A stretch of DNA of 62,644 bases, filler included, from Squatina squatina (lineage: Eukaryota): NCBI GenBank assembly GCA_031763465.1. It is 3 parts of 3 records of this genome, joined end to end, with 100 filler letters (N's around TTAATTAATTAA, not from the genome) between each part and the next. Parts side by side here need not be neighbours in the genome. Positions count along the whole stretch, not along the records: positions 1 to 30,307 come from JARFOE010000057.1; positions 30,408 to 43,831 come from JARFOE010000046.1; 1 more part is not named here. One strand, 5' to 3'. Below are positions 24,318-37,159 of this stretch, one piece after another. The notes beneath the pieces are model-generated. The model was not told the origin of the DNA and ran no database searches. It saw nothing but the letters and a program-made list of their open reading frames with translations. The position numbers and the translations under genes are program-made. The stretch's first letter is position 1, and the number at the start of each line of letters is the position of its first letter.

Positions 24318-27300
24318 GCTATGTCCTCTCTCCATCTATCTCCACTCTGTACTCTCTCCCTCTATCGCCATCCTGTGCAATCTCCCTCTATCTCCGCTCT
24401 CTACACCCTCCATCTATCTCTGCTCTGTACTCTCTCCCTCTATCTCCTCTCTGTACTCTCTCCCTCTATCTCCTCTCTGTACTCTCTCCCTCTATCTCCA
24501 CTCTGTACTCTCTCCCTCGATGGCCATACTGTGCTCTCCCTCTACCTCCCCTCTCCTATTCCTCCGTCTATCTCTGCTCTGTACTCTCTCCCTCTATCTC
24601 CGCTCTGTGCTCTCTCCCTCTATCTCCTCTCTGTGCTCCCTCCCTCTATCTCCGCTCTGTACTCTCTCGTTCCATCACTGCTATGTCCTCTCTCCCTCTA
24701 TCTCCACTCTCGACTCTCTCCCTCTATCGCCATCCTGTGCTCTCTCCCTCTATCTCCACTCTCTACTCCCTCCAGCACTCTCTGCTCTGTACACTCTCCC
24801 TCTATCTCCGCTCTGTACTCTCTCCCTCTATCTCCGCTTTGTGCTCTCTCCCTCTATCGCCATACTTTGCTATCTCCCGCTATCTGCGCTCTCCACTCCT
24901 TCTCTCTATCTCTGCTCTGTACTCTCTCCCTCTATCTCTGCTCTGTAGTCTCTCCCTCTATCTCCGGTCTGTACTGTGTCCCTCTATCGCCATACTGTGC
25001 TCTTTCCCTCTATCTCCGCTCTGTGCTCTCTCCCCCTATCTCCGCTCTGTACTCACTCCCTCTATCTTCTCTCTGTGCTCTCTCCCTCTATCTCCGCACT
25101 CTATTCCCTTCCTCTATCCCTGCTCTGTACCCTCTCCCTTCATCACTGCTCTGTCTCTCTCCCTCTATCTCCTCTCTGCACTCTCTCCCTCTATCTCCGC
25201 TCTGTACTCTCTCCCTCGATCGTCATACTGTGCTCTCTCCCTCTATCTCCCCTCTCCAATACCTCCCTCTATCTCCGCTCTGTGCTCTCTCCCTCTATCT
25301 CCGCTCTGTACTCTCTCCCTCTATCTCCGCTCTGTACTCTCTCCCTCTATCGCCATACTTTGCTATCTCCCACTATCTGCGCTCTCCACTCCTTCTCTCT
25401 ATCTCTGCTCTGTACTCTCTCCCTCTACCTCTGCTCTGTAGTCTCTCCCTCTATATCCGCTCTGTGCTATCTCCCTCTATCTCTGCTGTGTTCTCTCTCC
25501 CTCTATCGCCATACTGTGCTCTCTCCCTCTATCGCCGCTCTCTACTCCCTTCCTCTATCTCTGCTCTGTACTCTCTCCCTCTTTCTCTGCTCCGATACTC
25601 TCTCCCTCTATCTCTGCTCTGTGCTCTCCCCCTCGATCTCTGCTCTGTACACTCTCCCTCTATCGCCATACTGTGCTCTCTCCCTCTATCTCCGCTCACT
25701 ACTCTCTCCGTCTATCTCTGCTCTGTAGTCTCTCCCTCTATCTCTGCTCTGTACTCTCTCCCTCTTTCTCAGCTCTGTACTCTCTCCCTCTATCTCCGCT
25801 CTGTACTCTCTCGCTCCATCACTGCTATGTCCTCTCTCCCTCTATCTCCGCTCTCTACTCCCTTCCTCTATCTCTGCTCTGCACTCTCTCCCTCTATCTC
25901 TGCTCTGCACTCTCCCTCCATCTCAGCTCTGTACTCTCTCCCTCCATCTCCGCTCTGTACTCTCTCGCTCCATCACTGCTATGTCCTCTCTCCCTCTATC
26001 TCCAATCTGTGCTCTCTCCCTCTATTGCCATCCTGTGCTCTCTCACTCTATCTCCGCTCTCTACTCCCTCCCTCTATCTCTGCTCTGTACTCTCTTCCTC
26101 TATCTCCGCTCTCTACTCACTCGCTCGATCTCTGCTTTGTATTCTCTTCCAATATTGCCATACTGTGCTCTCTCCCTCTATCTCCGCTCTCTATTCCCTT
26201 CCTCTGTCTCTGCTCTGTACTCTCTCCCTCTATCTCAGCTCTGTACTCTCTCCCTCTATCTCTGCTCTGCATTCTCTCCCTCTAACTCTGCTCTGTGCTC
26301 CCTCCCACTATTTCCACTGTGCAATCTCTGCCTCTATCTCCGCTCTCTACTCCCTCCATCTATCTCTGCTCTGTACTCTCTCCCTCTATCTCTACTGTGT
26401 ACTCTCTCCCTCTATCTCCGCTCTGTTCTCTTTCCCTCTATCACTGCTCTGTCTCTCTCCATCTATCTCCTCAAGTACTCTCTCCCTCTATCTCCGGTCT
26501 GTACTGTGTCCCTCTATCGCCATTCTGTGCTCTCTCCCTCTATCTCCGCGCTCCACTCCCTCCCTCTATCGCTGCACTGTAGTCTCCCCCTCTATCTCCG
26601 CTCTGTGCTCTCTCTCCCCCTATCTCTGCTCTGTACTCACTCCCTCTATCTCCTCTCTGTACTCTCTCCCTCCATCTCCGCTCTGTGCACCCTCCCTCTA
26701 TCTCTGCTCTGTACTCTCTCCCTCTATCATTGCTAGGTCCCCTCTCCCTCTATCTCAGCTCTGTACTCTCTCCCTCTATCTTAGCTCTGTACTCTCTCAC
26801 TCTATCTCAGCTCTGTACTCTCTCCCTCTAACTCCACTCTGCATTCTCTCTCTCTATCTCTGCTCTGTCCTCTCTCACACGGTCTCCGCTCTGTATTCCA
26901 TCCTTCTAGCTCTGCTCTGTACTCTCTCCCTCTATCTGTGCTCTGCATTCTCTCCCTCTATCTCCACTATGCACTCTCTCCCTCTATCTCCATCTGTACT
27001 CTCTCCCACTATCTCTGCTCTGTGCTCCCGCCCACAATCTCCACTGTAGAGTCTCTCCCTCTATCTCTGCTCTGTACTCACTCCCTCTCTGTCCGCTCTC
27101 CACTCTCTCACTCCATCACTGCTATGTCCTCTCTCCATCTATCTCCACTCTGTACTCTCTCCCTCTATCGCCATCCTGTGCAATCTCCCTCTATCTCTGT
27201 GCTCCAAACCCTCCGTCTATCTCTGCTCTGTACGCTCTCCCTCTATCTCTGCTCTGTGCTCTCTCCCTCTATCTCCGCTCTGTACTCTCTCCCTCTATCA

Positions 27301-29203
27301 CTGCTCTGTCTCTCTCCCTCTATCTCCTCTCTGGATTCTCTCCCTCTATCTCCGCTCTGTACTCTCTCGCTCCATCACTGCTATGTCCTCTCTCCATCTA
27401 TCTCCACGCTGTAATCTCTCCCTCTATCGCCATCCTGTGCACTCTCCCTCTATCTCCGCTCTCTACACCCTCCATCTATCTCTGCTCTGTACTCTCTCCC
27501 TCTATCTCCGCTCTGTACTCTCTCCCTCGATGGCCATACTGTGCTCACTCCCTCTATCTCCCCTCTCCTATCCCTCCGTCTATCTCTGCTCTGGACTCCC
27601 TCCCTCTATCTCCTCTCTGTCTTCTCTCCCTCTATCTCCGCTCTGTACTCTCTACCTCCATCTCCGCTCTGTGCTCCCTCCCTCTATCTCCGCTGTGTAC
27701 TCTCTCGCTCCTTCACTGCTATGTCCTCTCTCCCTCTATCTCCACTCTGGACTCTCTCCCTCTATCGCCATCCTGTGCTCTCTCCCTCTATCTCCACTCT
27801 CTACTCCCTCCAGCAATCTCTGCTCTGTACACTCTCCCTCTATCTCCGCTCTGTATTCTCTCCCTCTATCTCCGCTCTGTACTCTCTCCCTCTATCTCTG
27901 CTCTGTACTCTCTCCCTCTATCTCCTCTCTGTATTCTCTCCCTCTATCTCTGCTCCATATTCTCTGCCTCTATCTCCTCTCTGTACTCTCAACCTCTTTC
28001 TCCACTCTGTGCTCTCTCCATCGCCATTCTGTACTCTCTCCCTCTATCTCCGCTCTCTACTCCCTCCCTCTATCTCTGTTCTGTACTCTTTCCCTCTGTC
28101 TCTGCTCCGTGGCTCTCTCCCTCTATCTCTGCTCTGTATTCCATCCTTCTAGCTCTGCCCTGTACTCTCTCCCTCTCTCTGTGCTCTGCATTCTCTCCCT
28201 CTATCTCTGCCCTGTACTCTCTCCCTCTATCACTGCTCTGTCTCTCTCCCTCTATCTCTGCTCTGTACTCTCTCCCTCTTTCTCCGCTCTGTACTCTCTC
28301 CCTCTATCTCTGCTCTCTACTCTCTCCCTCTATCTCTGCTCTGTACTCTCTCCCTCTATCTCTGCACTGTACTCTCTCCCTCTATCTCTGCTCTGTGTCT
28401 CTCCCTCTATCTGCACTCTGTACTCTCTCCCTCGATCGCCATACTGTGCTCTCTCCCTCTCTATCCCCTCTCCAATCCCTCCCTCTATCTCTGCTCTGTA
28501 CTCTCTCCCTCTATCTCCGCTCTGTACTCTCTCCCTCGATCGCCATACTGTGCTCTCTCCCTCTATCTCCCCTCTCCAATCCCTCCCTCTATCTCCGCTC
28601 TGTAGTCTCTCCCTCTATCTCTGCTCTGTACTCTCTCCCTCTATCTCTGCTCTGGGCACTCTCCCTCTGTCTCCGCAATGTACTCCCTCCTTCTATCTCT
28701 GCGCTGTACTCTCTCCATCTATTTTAGCTCGCTACTCTCCCTCTATCTCCGCTCTGCAACCTCTCCCTCTGTCTCCGCTCTGTACTCTCTCCCTCTATCT
28801 CTGCTCTCTACTCCATCCAGCAATCTCTGCACTGTACACTCTCCCTCTGTATCCACTCTGTGCTCTCTCCCTCTATCTCCGTTCTTTACTCTCTCCCTCT
28901 ATCTCTGCTCTGTAATCTCTCCCTCTATCTCTGCACTCTACTCTCTCCCTCTATCTCTGCTCTGTAGTCCCTCCCTCTTTATCTGCTCTGTACTCTCTCC
29001 CTCTATCTCTGCTCTGCACTCTCTCCCTCTATCTCTGCTCTGTACTCTCTCCCTCTATCTCCGCTCTGTACTCTCTCCCTCTATCGCCATACTGTGCTCT
29101 CTCCCTCTATCTCTCTTCTCCAATCCCTCCCTCTATCTCCGCTCTGTGCTCTCTCCCTCTATCTCCGCTCTGTGCTCTCTCCCTCTATCTCCGCTCTGTG
29201 CTC
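24318..29203. repeat. Pyrimidine-rich satellite, 26 bp unit, ~4.9 kb, with higher-order duplications
   Basis: Unit CTCTATCTCCGCTCTGTACTCTCTCC. Confidence 0.95.
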
Positions 29204-29534
29204 NNNNNNNNNNNNNNNNNNNNNNNNNNNNNNNNNNNNNNNNNNNNNNNNNNNNNNNNNNNNNNNNNNNNNNNNNNNNNNNNNNNNNNNNNNNNNNNNN
29301 NNNGGGAGTTGCTAGATGCGCCTGGCCATGCAGTGCCAAAGCCTTGGTGAGGAATTCGCAGGGCAGGAGTTTACTTTCATTCTGCTTTACATTTGAAGAC
29401 ACTCGAGTATTGCTGCTGTCCTCTGGGCAGTAAAGTGAGGCAAGCAGCCCATGAAGAAGCCACAGCAGCAGAGAAACAGATGGCTTCCGAGTCGAATAGT
29501 CCAGCAGCTTTCCTCCTCTGGTCTTGCCGGGTTG

Positions 29535-29624
29535 CTACAGTTCGGAGGTGGGTGTATGGCAATCGATATCTTTAATACCATGCAGAATACGTTTCATGTG
29601 GCCCACCTTGGTTATCCCCAGATC
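29535..29624 (-). CDS. DGKK: Type II diacylglycerol kinase terminal exon (end of SAM domain); DGKK by synteny
   Basis: tttaag|[29 protein letters not shown]; matches the DGKD/DGKH SAM end ([12 protein letters not shown]); not in the ORF track; paralog identity inferred. Confidence 0.7.
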   Translation of the reverse strand, partial: DLGITKVGHMKRILHGIKDIDCHTPTSEL

Positions 29625-29909
29625 CTTAAAAATAAAACATTAGGTCATTTAACGGTTTTAGTCTATCCCTTTCACCAGGCAAATAGGCAGCAACAGACAT
29701 TTGAGAAAATTGTGCCGGTTTCCATTATCAGGACAATGGGCAGAGCACTAGAGAATACCAAGTATAAGGTCACCATGTGTTGGGATTGAAGCTCGCACCT
29801 ACAACCTGTCAAAGGAGAGAGATGAGGAGAGGGGAGAGGGGAGGGGGGAGAGAAAGGAGAGAGAGGGGAGGAGGAAAGGAGAGGAGAGAGAGGGAAGTCC
29901 AAAGAAGGA

Positions 29910-30307
29910 AATAATACAGCACCTTTTACAACTGCAGGACGTCCCAAATCTGTTAAGAACCAATAAGTACTTTTGGAGTGAGGTCACTGTTGTAATATAG
30001 GAAACATGACACCCAATTTGAGCACAGCAAGCTCCCACAAACAACAATGTGATAATCACCTGATAAACTATTTCAGTAATGCTGGTTGAGGAATAACTAT
30101 TGGCCAGGACACTGGGAAGAACTCACTTACTCTGGTTTAAAACACCATCATGTGATCTTTTACAACCCCCTGTGAGGACAGATGGGGCCTTAGTTTAACG
30201 TCTCATCTGAAATCGACACCTCTGACCGTGTAGCACTCCCTCATTACTGGACTGGAGCGTCAGCCTGGATTATGTGCTCAAGCCTCTGGAGTAGGGTTTG
30301 AACCCAC
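29910..30307 (-). mobile_element. tRNA-derived DeuSINE-like SINE
   Basis: B-box GTGGGTTCAAACCC on the minus strand at 30294-30307, plus the tail seen at 6405. Confidence 0.8.
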
Positions 30308-30407
30308 NNNNNNNNNNNNNNNNNNNNNNNNNNNNNNNNNNNNNNNNNNNNTTAATTAATTAANNNNNNNNNNNNNNNNNNNNNNNNNNNNNNNNNNNNN
30401 NNNNNNN
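30308..30407. other. Artificial scaffold linker N44-TTAATTAATTAA-N44
   Basis: 12-mer at 30352-30363 with stops in all six frames; synteny changes across it. Confidence 0.95.
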
Positions 30408-31071
30408 TGAATATTTTCATATTTGTAAGTGCTGTTGCTTTTGTCATGTTTACACTGTTTCTTTTTGATGTAGGTAAAGAGTGATGATGGTAGTTGTGTA
30501 GAGGTGGAATTGGTGCTTTTCATTGTTTGCCGTTCATGTCAGAGCTTCTGCTGTCTAGAGATTGTACAGCCTGTAACCGTGAGGCATGTGTAGCAACAGA
30601 ACTGATTTGATATTATGTGCATAGTTAAAACATTTACAGAAATATAAATCTGTTTGAAGCAGGAATCTGTCTAGTCAGATTTATTATTGGGTGCAATGTT
30701 ATTATATTTTAGCCAAAATATTGTAATCTGAGAGTTTCAGTCAGAAAACTTTTCAACTGTTTAAAAAAAACAATTAAAACAGTCATCTGTTGGGCCGGTA
30801 TCTGAATATTGATATTGGAATATCCGTCATAACACATGATGTAAAAACAGCACATCTGCCTGCTATTTAAATGGTCTTTTGTTTCTTTAAAGCTGGGTAT
30901 TTTTATTACATTCTCTCTGTTTCTAGCCAGCTGAAGCTCTGCTTGTAACGAGTCTTGGAATTCCTCTTGAACAGCAGAACAGGTAGGTTTGTAACACACA
31001 TGTTTGCGCAGTGCTTCCTTCTTGTTTACTTTGCCCCAGGTCTAATTTCTTTCTCCATTGCTTTCTTTCAG

Positions 31072-31175
31072 AAACAGACTGAAACTGTTGAGAAAGGGCC
31101 TGGGGGTGAGCGCTGCTGACATGTACCGATGGAAGCTGTCATCACATGAACCCTGCAGCTCCACCTGCACAACAG
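31072..31175 (+). CDS. ADAMTSL2: ADAMTS-like 2 exon
   Basis: tttcag|[35 protein letters not shown]|gtaccc. Confidence 0.9.
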
Positions 31176-31702
31176 GTACCCTGCATGCTCTTACATTTCA
31201 TGTCATGGAACTGCAACTTACAGTCTGATTAAAGCTCATAGGGTGGGTACTTTGGAGAAGTATGCCTTTCAGAGAGTAAGGGGCTTACAAGAAGCCCCTG
31301 CTGGCAGAGACAGGACTGAAGTATAATCATATTTACATGCTGTTTTATGCAACCAATCCCACTACCTCCCTCCTAAAAAATCTTCCAAAACTTGGTTGAC
31401 TATTGGGGTACAAACTGGAGTACTCCAGAAAGAAGGCCATGTCTTAACCCCATTCCAGAGACTCAAGTCCATCATTGGGAATTTTCTCAGGGGCTAGAGG
31501 AAACTCCAGATAGATATGTAAATAGGATTTTTGCCAAAATGATGGCAACTAATCGGGAGAGTGCCCAAAGAGATTTCCAGTTTCCAATGCTTTGGGACAT
31601 TCNNNNNNNNNNNNNNNNNNNNNNNNNNNNNNNNNNNNNNNNNNNNNNNNNNNNNNNNNNNNNNNNNNNNNNNNNNNNNNNNNNNNNNNNNNNNNNNNNN
31701 NN

Positions 31703-31945
31703 TTCAACAATTTCAGACCGTAACCTCTGCCCGATATTTTTTTGCCTCCCTCCCTATCACAGACCTTCCCTTCTGCTCTTTCTCCCCTCCCCCTTTTCCC
31801 GCCCCTGCAGGTGCTCACAAACCTGCTACAATTCTAACTTTTTCTAGTTCTGACGAAAGGTAATCGACCTGAAACGTTAACTCTGCTTCTCTTTCCACAG
31901 AAGCTGCCTGACCTGCTAAGTTTTTCCAGCATTCTCTGTTTATAT
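31703..31945 (+). mobile_element. Penelope-like element 3' end / pseudo-LTR
   Basis: ORF end FNNFRP*, followed by a hammerhead motif and CCACAGAAGCTGCCTGACCTGCT...TCCAGCATT. Confidence 0.75.
31846..31882 (+). ncRNA. Minimal type I hammerhead ribozyme motif
   Basis: AGUU-CUGACGA-A-AGGU(AAUCG)ACCU-GAAA-CG-UU-AACU: both core boxes, stem I AGUU/AACU, stem II AGGU/ACCU, palindromic stem III AACGUU. Confidence 0.75.
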
Positions 31946-32090
31946 TAGTTCACAGCCAGATGACTGGAGCTGATTTTGTGATCATCTGCTGCCAATTAAC
32001 TGTATTTGCTACCCTTATCCATGGAGCAAGATTAAAAGAGAACGCTGCCACATGTAAGCAACTATTTAAACAACTATTTACTGTGTGTAG

Positions 32091-32217
32091 GAGTATCCAC
32101 TTCATATGCATTGTGTGTTCGTTATGATGGCATTGAAGTTGACGACTCATATTGTGATTCTGTGACCCGACCAGAGCCAGTTCATGAGTTTTGTGTAGGA
32201 AGAGAATGTCAACCAAG
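32091..32217 (+). CDS. ADAMTSL2: ADAMTS-like 2 exon (TSP1 repeat)
   Basis: gtag|[43 protein letters not shown]|gtaagt; phase matches the preceding exon. Confidence 0.93.
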
Positions 32218-32762
32218 GTAAGTAATCACTTTTCTGTTCATATTATTTCACACACCTGTATTTACTGAAACATGTTATTTCTCAGTGTCTGGAGCTGTAG
32301 TGCAATAAATATTGACCGTTACAAAAATTAATGGCATATGGTATTAAAAGGAATGCAGCTGAATGGCTAGGGGACAGAAAGGAAAGTGTAAATGGATGTT
32401 TTTTTAATTGATCGGATTTGGGTAGTTGCTGTACCTCCAGAATCTGTGCTGGAACCTCTTAAGAAAATAAGAACATAAGAAATGGGAGCAGGAGCAGGCC
32501 ATTCGGCCCCTCGAGCCNNNNNNNNNNNNNNNNNNNNNNNNNNNNNNNNNNNNNNNNNNNNNNNNNNNNNNNNNNNNNNNNNNNNNNNNNNNNNNNNNNN
32601 NNNNNNNNNNNNNNNNNGTAAGCCCAATTTAGCTCGTGGGCCGTAACTTCTGCACCTGCCGCAGGAAGTCCCACCTCGCAGCTATTACCACCCCCAAACG
32701 GGCGGTACGCAATTTCGCGCTGCTGTTATGCAGTTCATGCACTAATTTATTTTCTTTCCCAG

Positions 32763-32918
32763 TGTACAGCAAAGTGTGCAGAACAGGTTATTGTGACCAG
32801 GGAAGTGAGATGCTCAAAGGAAGAATGGTTGTGTGATGAGAGCACAAAGCCGCCATCTCAGAAAGATTGTGTTGGACCCCCTTGTGATCGACAGTGGACT
32901 GTTTCAGACTGGGGCCCG
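32763..32918 (+). CDS. ADAMTSL2: ADAMTS-like 2 exon (TSP1 repeat)
   Basis: cccag|[52 protein letters not shown]|gtaagt. Confidence 0.92.
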
Positions 32919-33350
32919 GTAAGTCTGACCGTGGAATAGGTTGAACAATTGCTCTTGTTTTCTATACAGCATCTTTGAATCTTCATCTTCACCTTTGCTC
33001 TCCTTTATTTGTTCTTTCTCCTTGTTATATAAGTGTTCTTTCAACTGGAGAAATGAATAATTTAGGCCGACAAAGAGAGGAGTAAACATCTAGGCTGGCA
33101 ACTTAACCACAACCACTCATCAGTTTACAAGCAGCACAGTCCCTTTTAAATAATAGATAAATTCAGTCATCCTGGGCCTGCAAAAGCAATTAAGACCAGG
33201 TCACTGAACGTACCTGCTATTCTTATCCTAGCAAGGAGAAGGTCACTGAANNNNNNNNNNNNNNNNNNNNNNNNNNNNNNNNNNNNNNNNNNNNNNNNNN
33301 NNNNNNNNNNNNNNNNNNNNNNNNNNNNNNNNNNNNNNNNNNNNNNNNNN

Positions 33351-33610
33351 AGTTCTTGTGGTGAAGGTATTCCCACAATAATGTTCTGGAGAGAATTCCA
33401 GGATATTGACCCAGGGACGGTGAAGTTTCAACAATATATGTCCCCGTCAGGATTGGGTACTACTAGGAGGCGATGGTGTTCCTATGACATTGCTGCTCTT
33501 GTCCTGCTCAGTAGTAAAGGTCGCAGGAAAGAGGGGTGCTGTCAAAGTAACTTTGGTGAGTTGCGGCATTTTAAACATCACTGAGAAGTATTGCATGGAG
33601 CATCTCCAGT
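33351..33610 (-). mobile_element. Degraded LINE 3' fragment
   Basis: Reverse strand gives the WNSL motif (TGGAATTCTCTC) typical of CR1-group ORF2 ends. Confidence 0.5.
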
Positions 33611-33826
33611 NNNNNNNNNNAGTGTTATATTGTGAGTCTGTCAACATCTTGTTGTCTGTGCCAGTTAGTGCATCCTCAGACTCAGAATATGGCTCTTCAG
33701 GGCAGTAACCAGAAGATTGGATTTCAACATGATGCCACCTGAATTGTTAAGCTGTGTGTTTTTATTGCACATAAGGGAAGTTGACAGCATCTTGAGATAC
33801 TGACAATCACTATTATTGTTCCACAG

Positions 33827-33945
33827 ATGAGAGTTGTCAAGATCAACTTGGGACTAACTGTGTACTGGCAATAAAAGTCAATCTATGCTCCCACTGGTAT
33901 TACAGCAAAGCTTGCTGCAGGTCCTGTAGAATTGCGAATTCATAG
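33827..33945 (+). CDS. ADAMTSL2: ADAMTS-like 2 terminal exon (PLAC domain)
   Basis: cacag|[39 protein letters not shown]; AATAAA at 33983-33988. Confidence 0.93.
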
Positions 33946-35694
33946 TACAGACCGACAGAATCACTGTACCTCCCAACATGTGAATAAAAGAATGATGTGT
34001 GTCTGGTGGAATTAGTTGTACAGCAAGAATTGAGCGGCTTCTCTCCTCAGCGTTTGTCTGCTTATTGCGATCCCATCGAGCTGCACCAACAGCCTATGCT
34101 GTGAAGCTATCAGGTACCCTGGCCACCCAGTACATGCTGTCATGTATAGCACTCTACCCCTCAATATATGGCAGAGCCAACGTACCCGGTTCTAGATATT
34201 CTGTTATAAATTATTTTAGTACCAAGCCATTCCAATTAGTGCAACTGAACACATGGAACTGAAGCATGGTTGTGTGAACCATGATTATTAACTCTGCAAA
34301 CTATTATGCAAGGCCGGTAACAACAATAATAATTCCCTATTAATTTAATGTGATTCTGTAGTACATGCTAGATTAGGTAATATTTTGATCTTGCTGTTTG
34401 TACAGTATTTGTATCTTAATACACTGATTACAAATACTTCTTCACTTGTAGTAATGAAGATCCTTGAAGCACACCTCCAACATAATGATTATGGCATCAA
34501 GTATCAAAGCTGGCTGTCACTGCAGTACTCCATTGCCTCTGCCTCAGTCAGTCCCTTTGCCACCTGTCACATCAGCCTCCCTGTTACATTCAGTGTCTGG
34601 GTTACCTGCTGGTCGAGTGTTTAGTTCTCTGCCACTTCCCGGGCTCCTTGTTGGGTCCACCTGCTGCCTCGTCAGTTAGTTTCTGCCTCAGTGCAGCACA
34701 ATACAGTGACTATGCTTTGTGTGTTGTGGCATCACTTCACATTTCAGCAACTGCTGAAACAGTGCTGATACTGCTCGCAATATTCTCAGCTCTAATGTTC
34801 CAGAATTTTCCATCAAAAGAAATGGCAGGGAGCACTTCAGGTGGAAAATCGGTTAGTTCAACAATCGGACCATTATACAATCATTAGTACTCCCGTTTAC
34901 TTCCTCCTACACGTGGTTGAAGAGTTCTAAAAACTATAACCATCTCTATACAGGTTAAATAGAATAGGTTCAGGACCTAGGTTTGCAGCCAGCAACTTTC
35001 TCCACACACGTTAAGCTACACCCCAAAATGCCCTCTTTAACAACTGGATCTTGTGACAGTAACGATCTTCATCTGCTAAAGAAATGAACAACAAATTGAG
35101 CTTTCACCTTAAAATTTGAGAACTCAAATCATGCTTCAATATTCTGGACTGTTCTGAGTTTCAACGTTGGACTAAGTTGTGCTTAGGTAAAGGTGAAATT
35201 GGAGCCAGCTCGCCCCAACCTAACCCCACCCCCACAATGACTGTCACTTCCGACTGACCAATGTTAAATGTTGATGCAACATCAGACTTTTCAGTACTGA
35301 AGGTACGAGCGTGTCAGTTGTGCTGGTAAAGCCCATTAAAGATAAATGTTCTGTGATGCCCCCTTCCCTCTGTGTGATTATGAATAAACTTACAAAGTAC
35401 CCAAAAGATCCTGGTCTGTCATCTGAAAGTTTTCGGTTCTGTCAATAATCCCAGTGACTGCAGGTTTCTCTGTGGGTAACAATAAGTCAGAAGCATTTTT
35501 ATAAAGAAAATAATGTTCCTGGTTCAGTTATAAATCCTGCACAGCTGGGTCAGAAAACCCAGGCTGGCTGCTGCAAACATGCTTTAATATAATGTAATAT
35601 TTAATAACCTGTATCCTTTAATTTTATAATTCTATTATTAATTATAGATTGATTTCCTTTTTCCCAGATGCATTCAGATACTAAGTAAAAGTCT

Positions 35695-36700
35695 TAGGGG
35701 GTTATTTTGGCCAAAGGGTGAAAACAGGTGCTAAAGGGGTGTGGTGCAAATAAGAAACGCCTGTTTGGAAGTCTGGATTTAGTGTACAATTTTTGGGCTA
35801 ATTGATGATTATTGTGATTTGAACGTGCCAGCAGGCACTAACCAGAAACCTGCAGGTTTAGTACTCAAGTGCTGATTAGGCGCAATTTTTGTGGAGCAGT
35901 GTATGTGGGCTCCTCGCACCCACTTCCACTGAATGTGGCACCCTGCAGGATGACTCAGGAGCCGAAGGAGAGGATGCACAGGTTCTCGGATGTGGCATTG
36001 GATGTCCTCGTGGAGGAGGTCCAGAGGAGGAGAGATGTCCTGGATTTGCAGCGGGGATGGATGCCACCTCACCCTCCTGTCCCTCTCTCCTGCAGCAGCG
36101 AGAGCTCTGCCTGGCCTTGTATCCTCCTTCCATCCCTCGTCCAGAACAATGGGTCTCCTAGCCAGATGTCCATGACCAAGCACTCCTTTTCTGCTGGTGA
36201 CTGCTATAATGTGGAGCAGCACAGCATGTACTGTCTTTAGGTGAAGTCCTCAGAGAATTTCCACAGCAAAATACTGTGGATGCTGGAAATCTGAAATAGA
36301 AACAGAAAAGTATGTCCAGCATTTTCTGTTTCTATTCCGTAATAAATGTTGCTCAAGAGTTGGTGAAGTCTTGATAAAGTGTCCCAGACAGACTTCCGAT
36401 GTGTTTAGAGGTCCTCTTCATAGCTCCAGCAGCAATGATTGTGAAGTTCTGAGTATCCCTTCAAGTAGCTTGAAATCAGCATCTATGTTGTGTTTGCTCC
36501 AAACAGCTGGTTGATGTTAGCAGAGGGCATTAGTTCAAGCACTGGCCACCAAATTACTGAGCAGCCTTTTTAACGTGCCTCTGGGCGGTCACTCCTACTG
36601 CTGGCTTCAACTGCTTTACCAAGGTGGCTAAACCAGCATTTCAGCCTAAGACACACCTTGACCACCTGGTTAGCACCTAAAGTATTTGGTGAAATTCACC
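35695..36700. mobile_element. Harbinger-type remnant(s), with a small Penelope-type inverted-repeat insert at ~36265-36335
   Basis: MTQEPKERMHRFSDVALDVLVEEVQRRRDVL resembles the Myb/SANT N-terminus at 22920; GGGGTTATTTT...GAAATTCACCCC termini. Confidence 0.55.
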
Positions 36701-37079
36701 CCTACCATCTTAACCCAATCCAAAGTATTCATCCGGGCCTCTTGGAGTTGGGGAAACTGGGAAAAAGAAAATTGGAATAACCGGTGTACAGTTTGTATAT
36801 ATTTTTAAACCAGTTATGAAAATGATAATAAACAGGTTTGTTGTCCATCAGGCAGAGTTTTGTAGTTCATTTTATACAATATACATCTCATTTCAAACAT
36901 TGGGATTGTGGGTGTCAGGAATGCTTGTAACTATTTAATGATATCCAGAAACAGAAGTAGAATGTGCCACAAAAAAAAGTTATCTGTTCTGGACATGGGC
37001 CTGAGATAGAATTGCAAGGTCAGAGTTTCTGAAAATTTCCAGAAAACAGAAAATCAGGCCATTACTTGGTAGGTGGATC

Positions 37080-37159
37080 CAATTGAATTGAGCCATGGTG
37101 CACACATTGAATTGCATTGAGTCATGGTGCACACATTGAATTGAATTGAGTCATGGTGC
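37080..37159. repeat. 29 bp tandem repeat, ~3 copies, running into a gap
   Basis: ATTGAATTGAATTGAGTCATGGTGCACAC. Confidence 0.8.

Noticed and set aside
33351-33430. SCGEG-like TSP1 motif as another ADAMTSL2 exon
   Set aside because: The following residues do not fit a TSP1 repeat, and the region looks like an antisense LINE fragment
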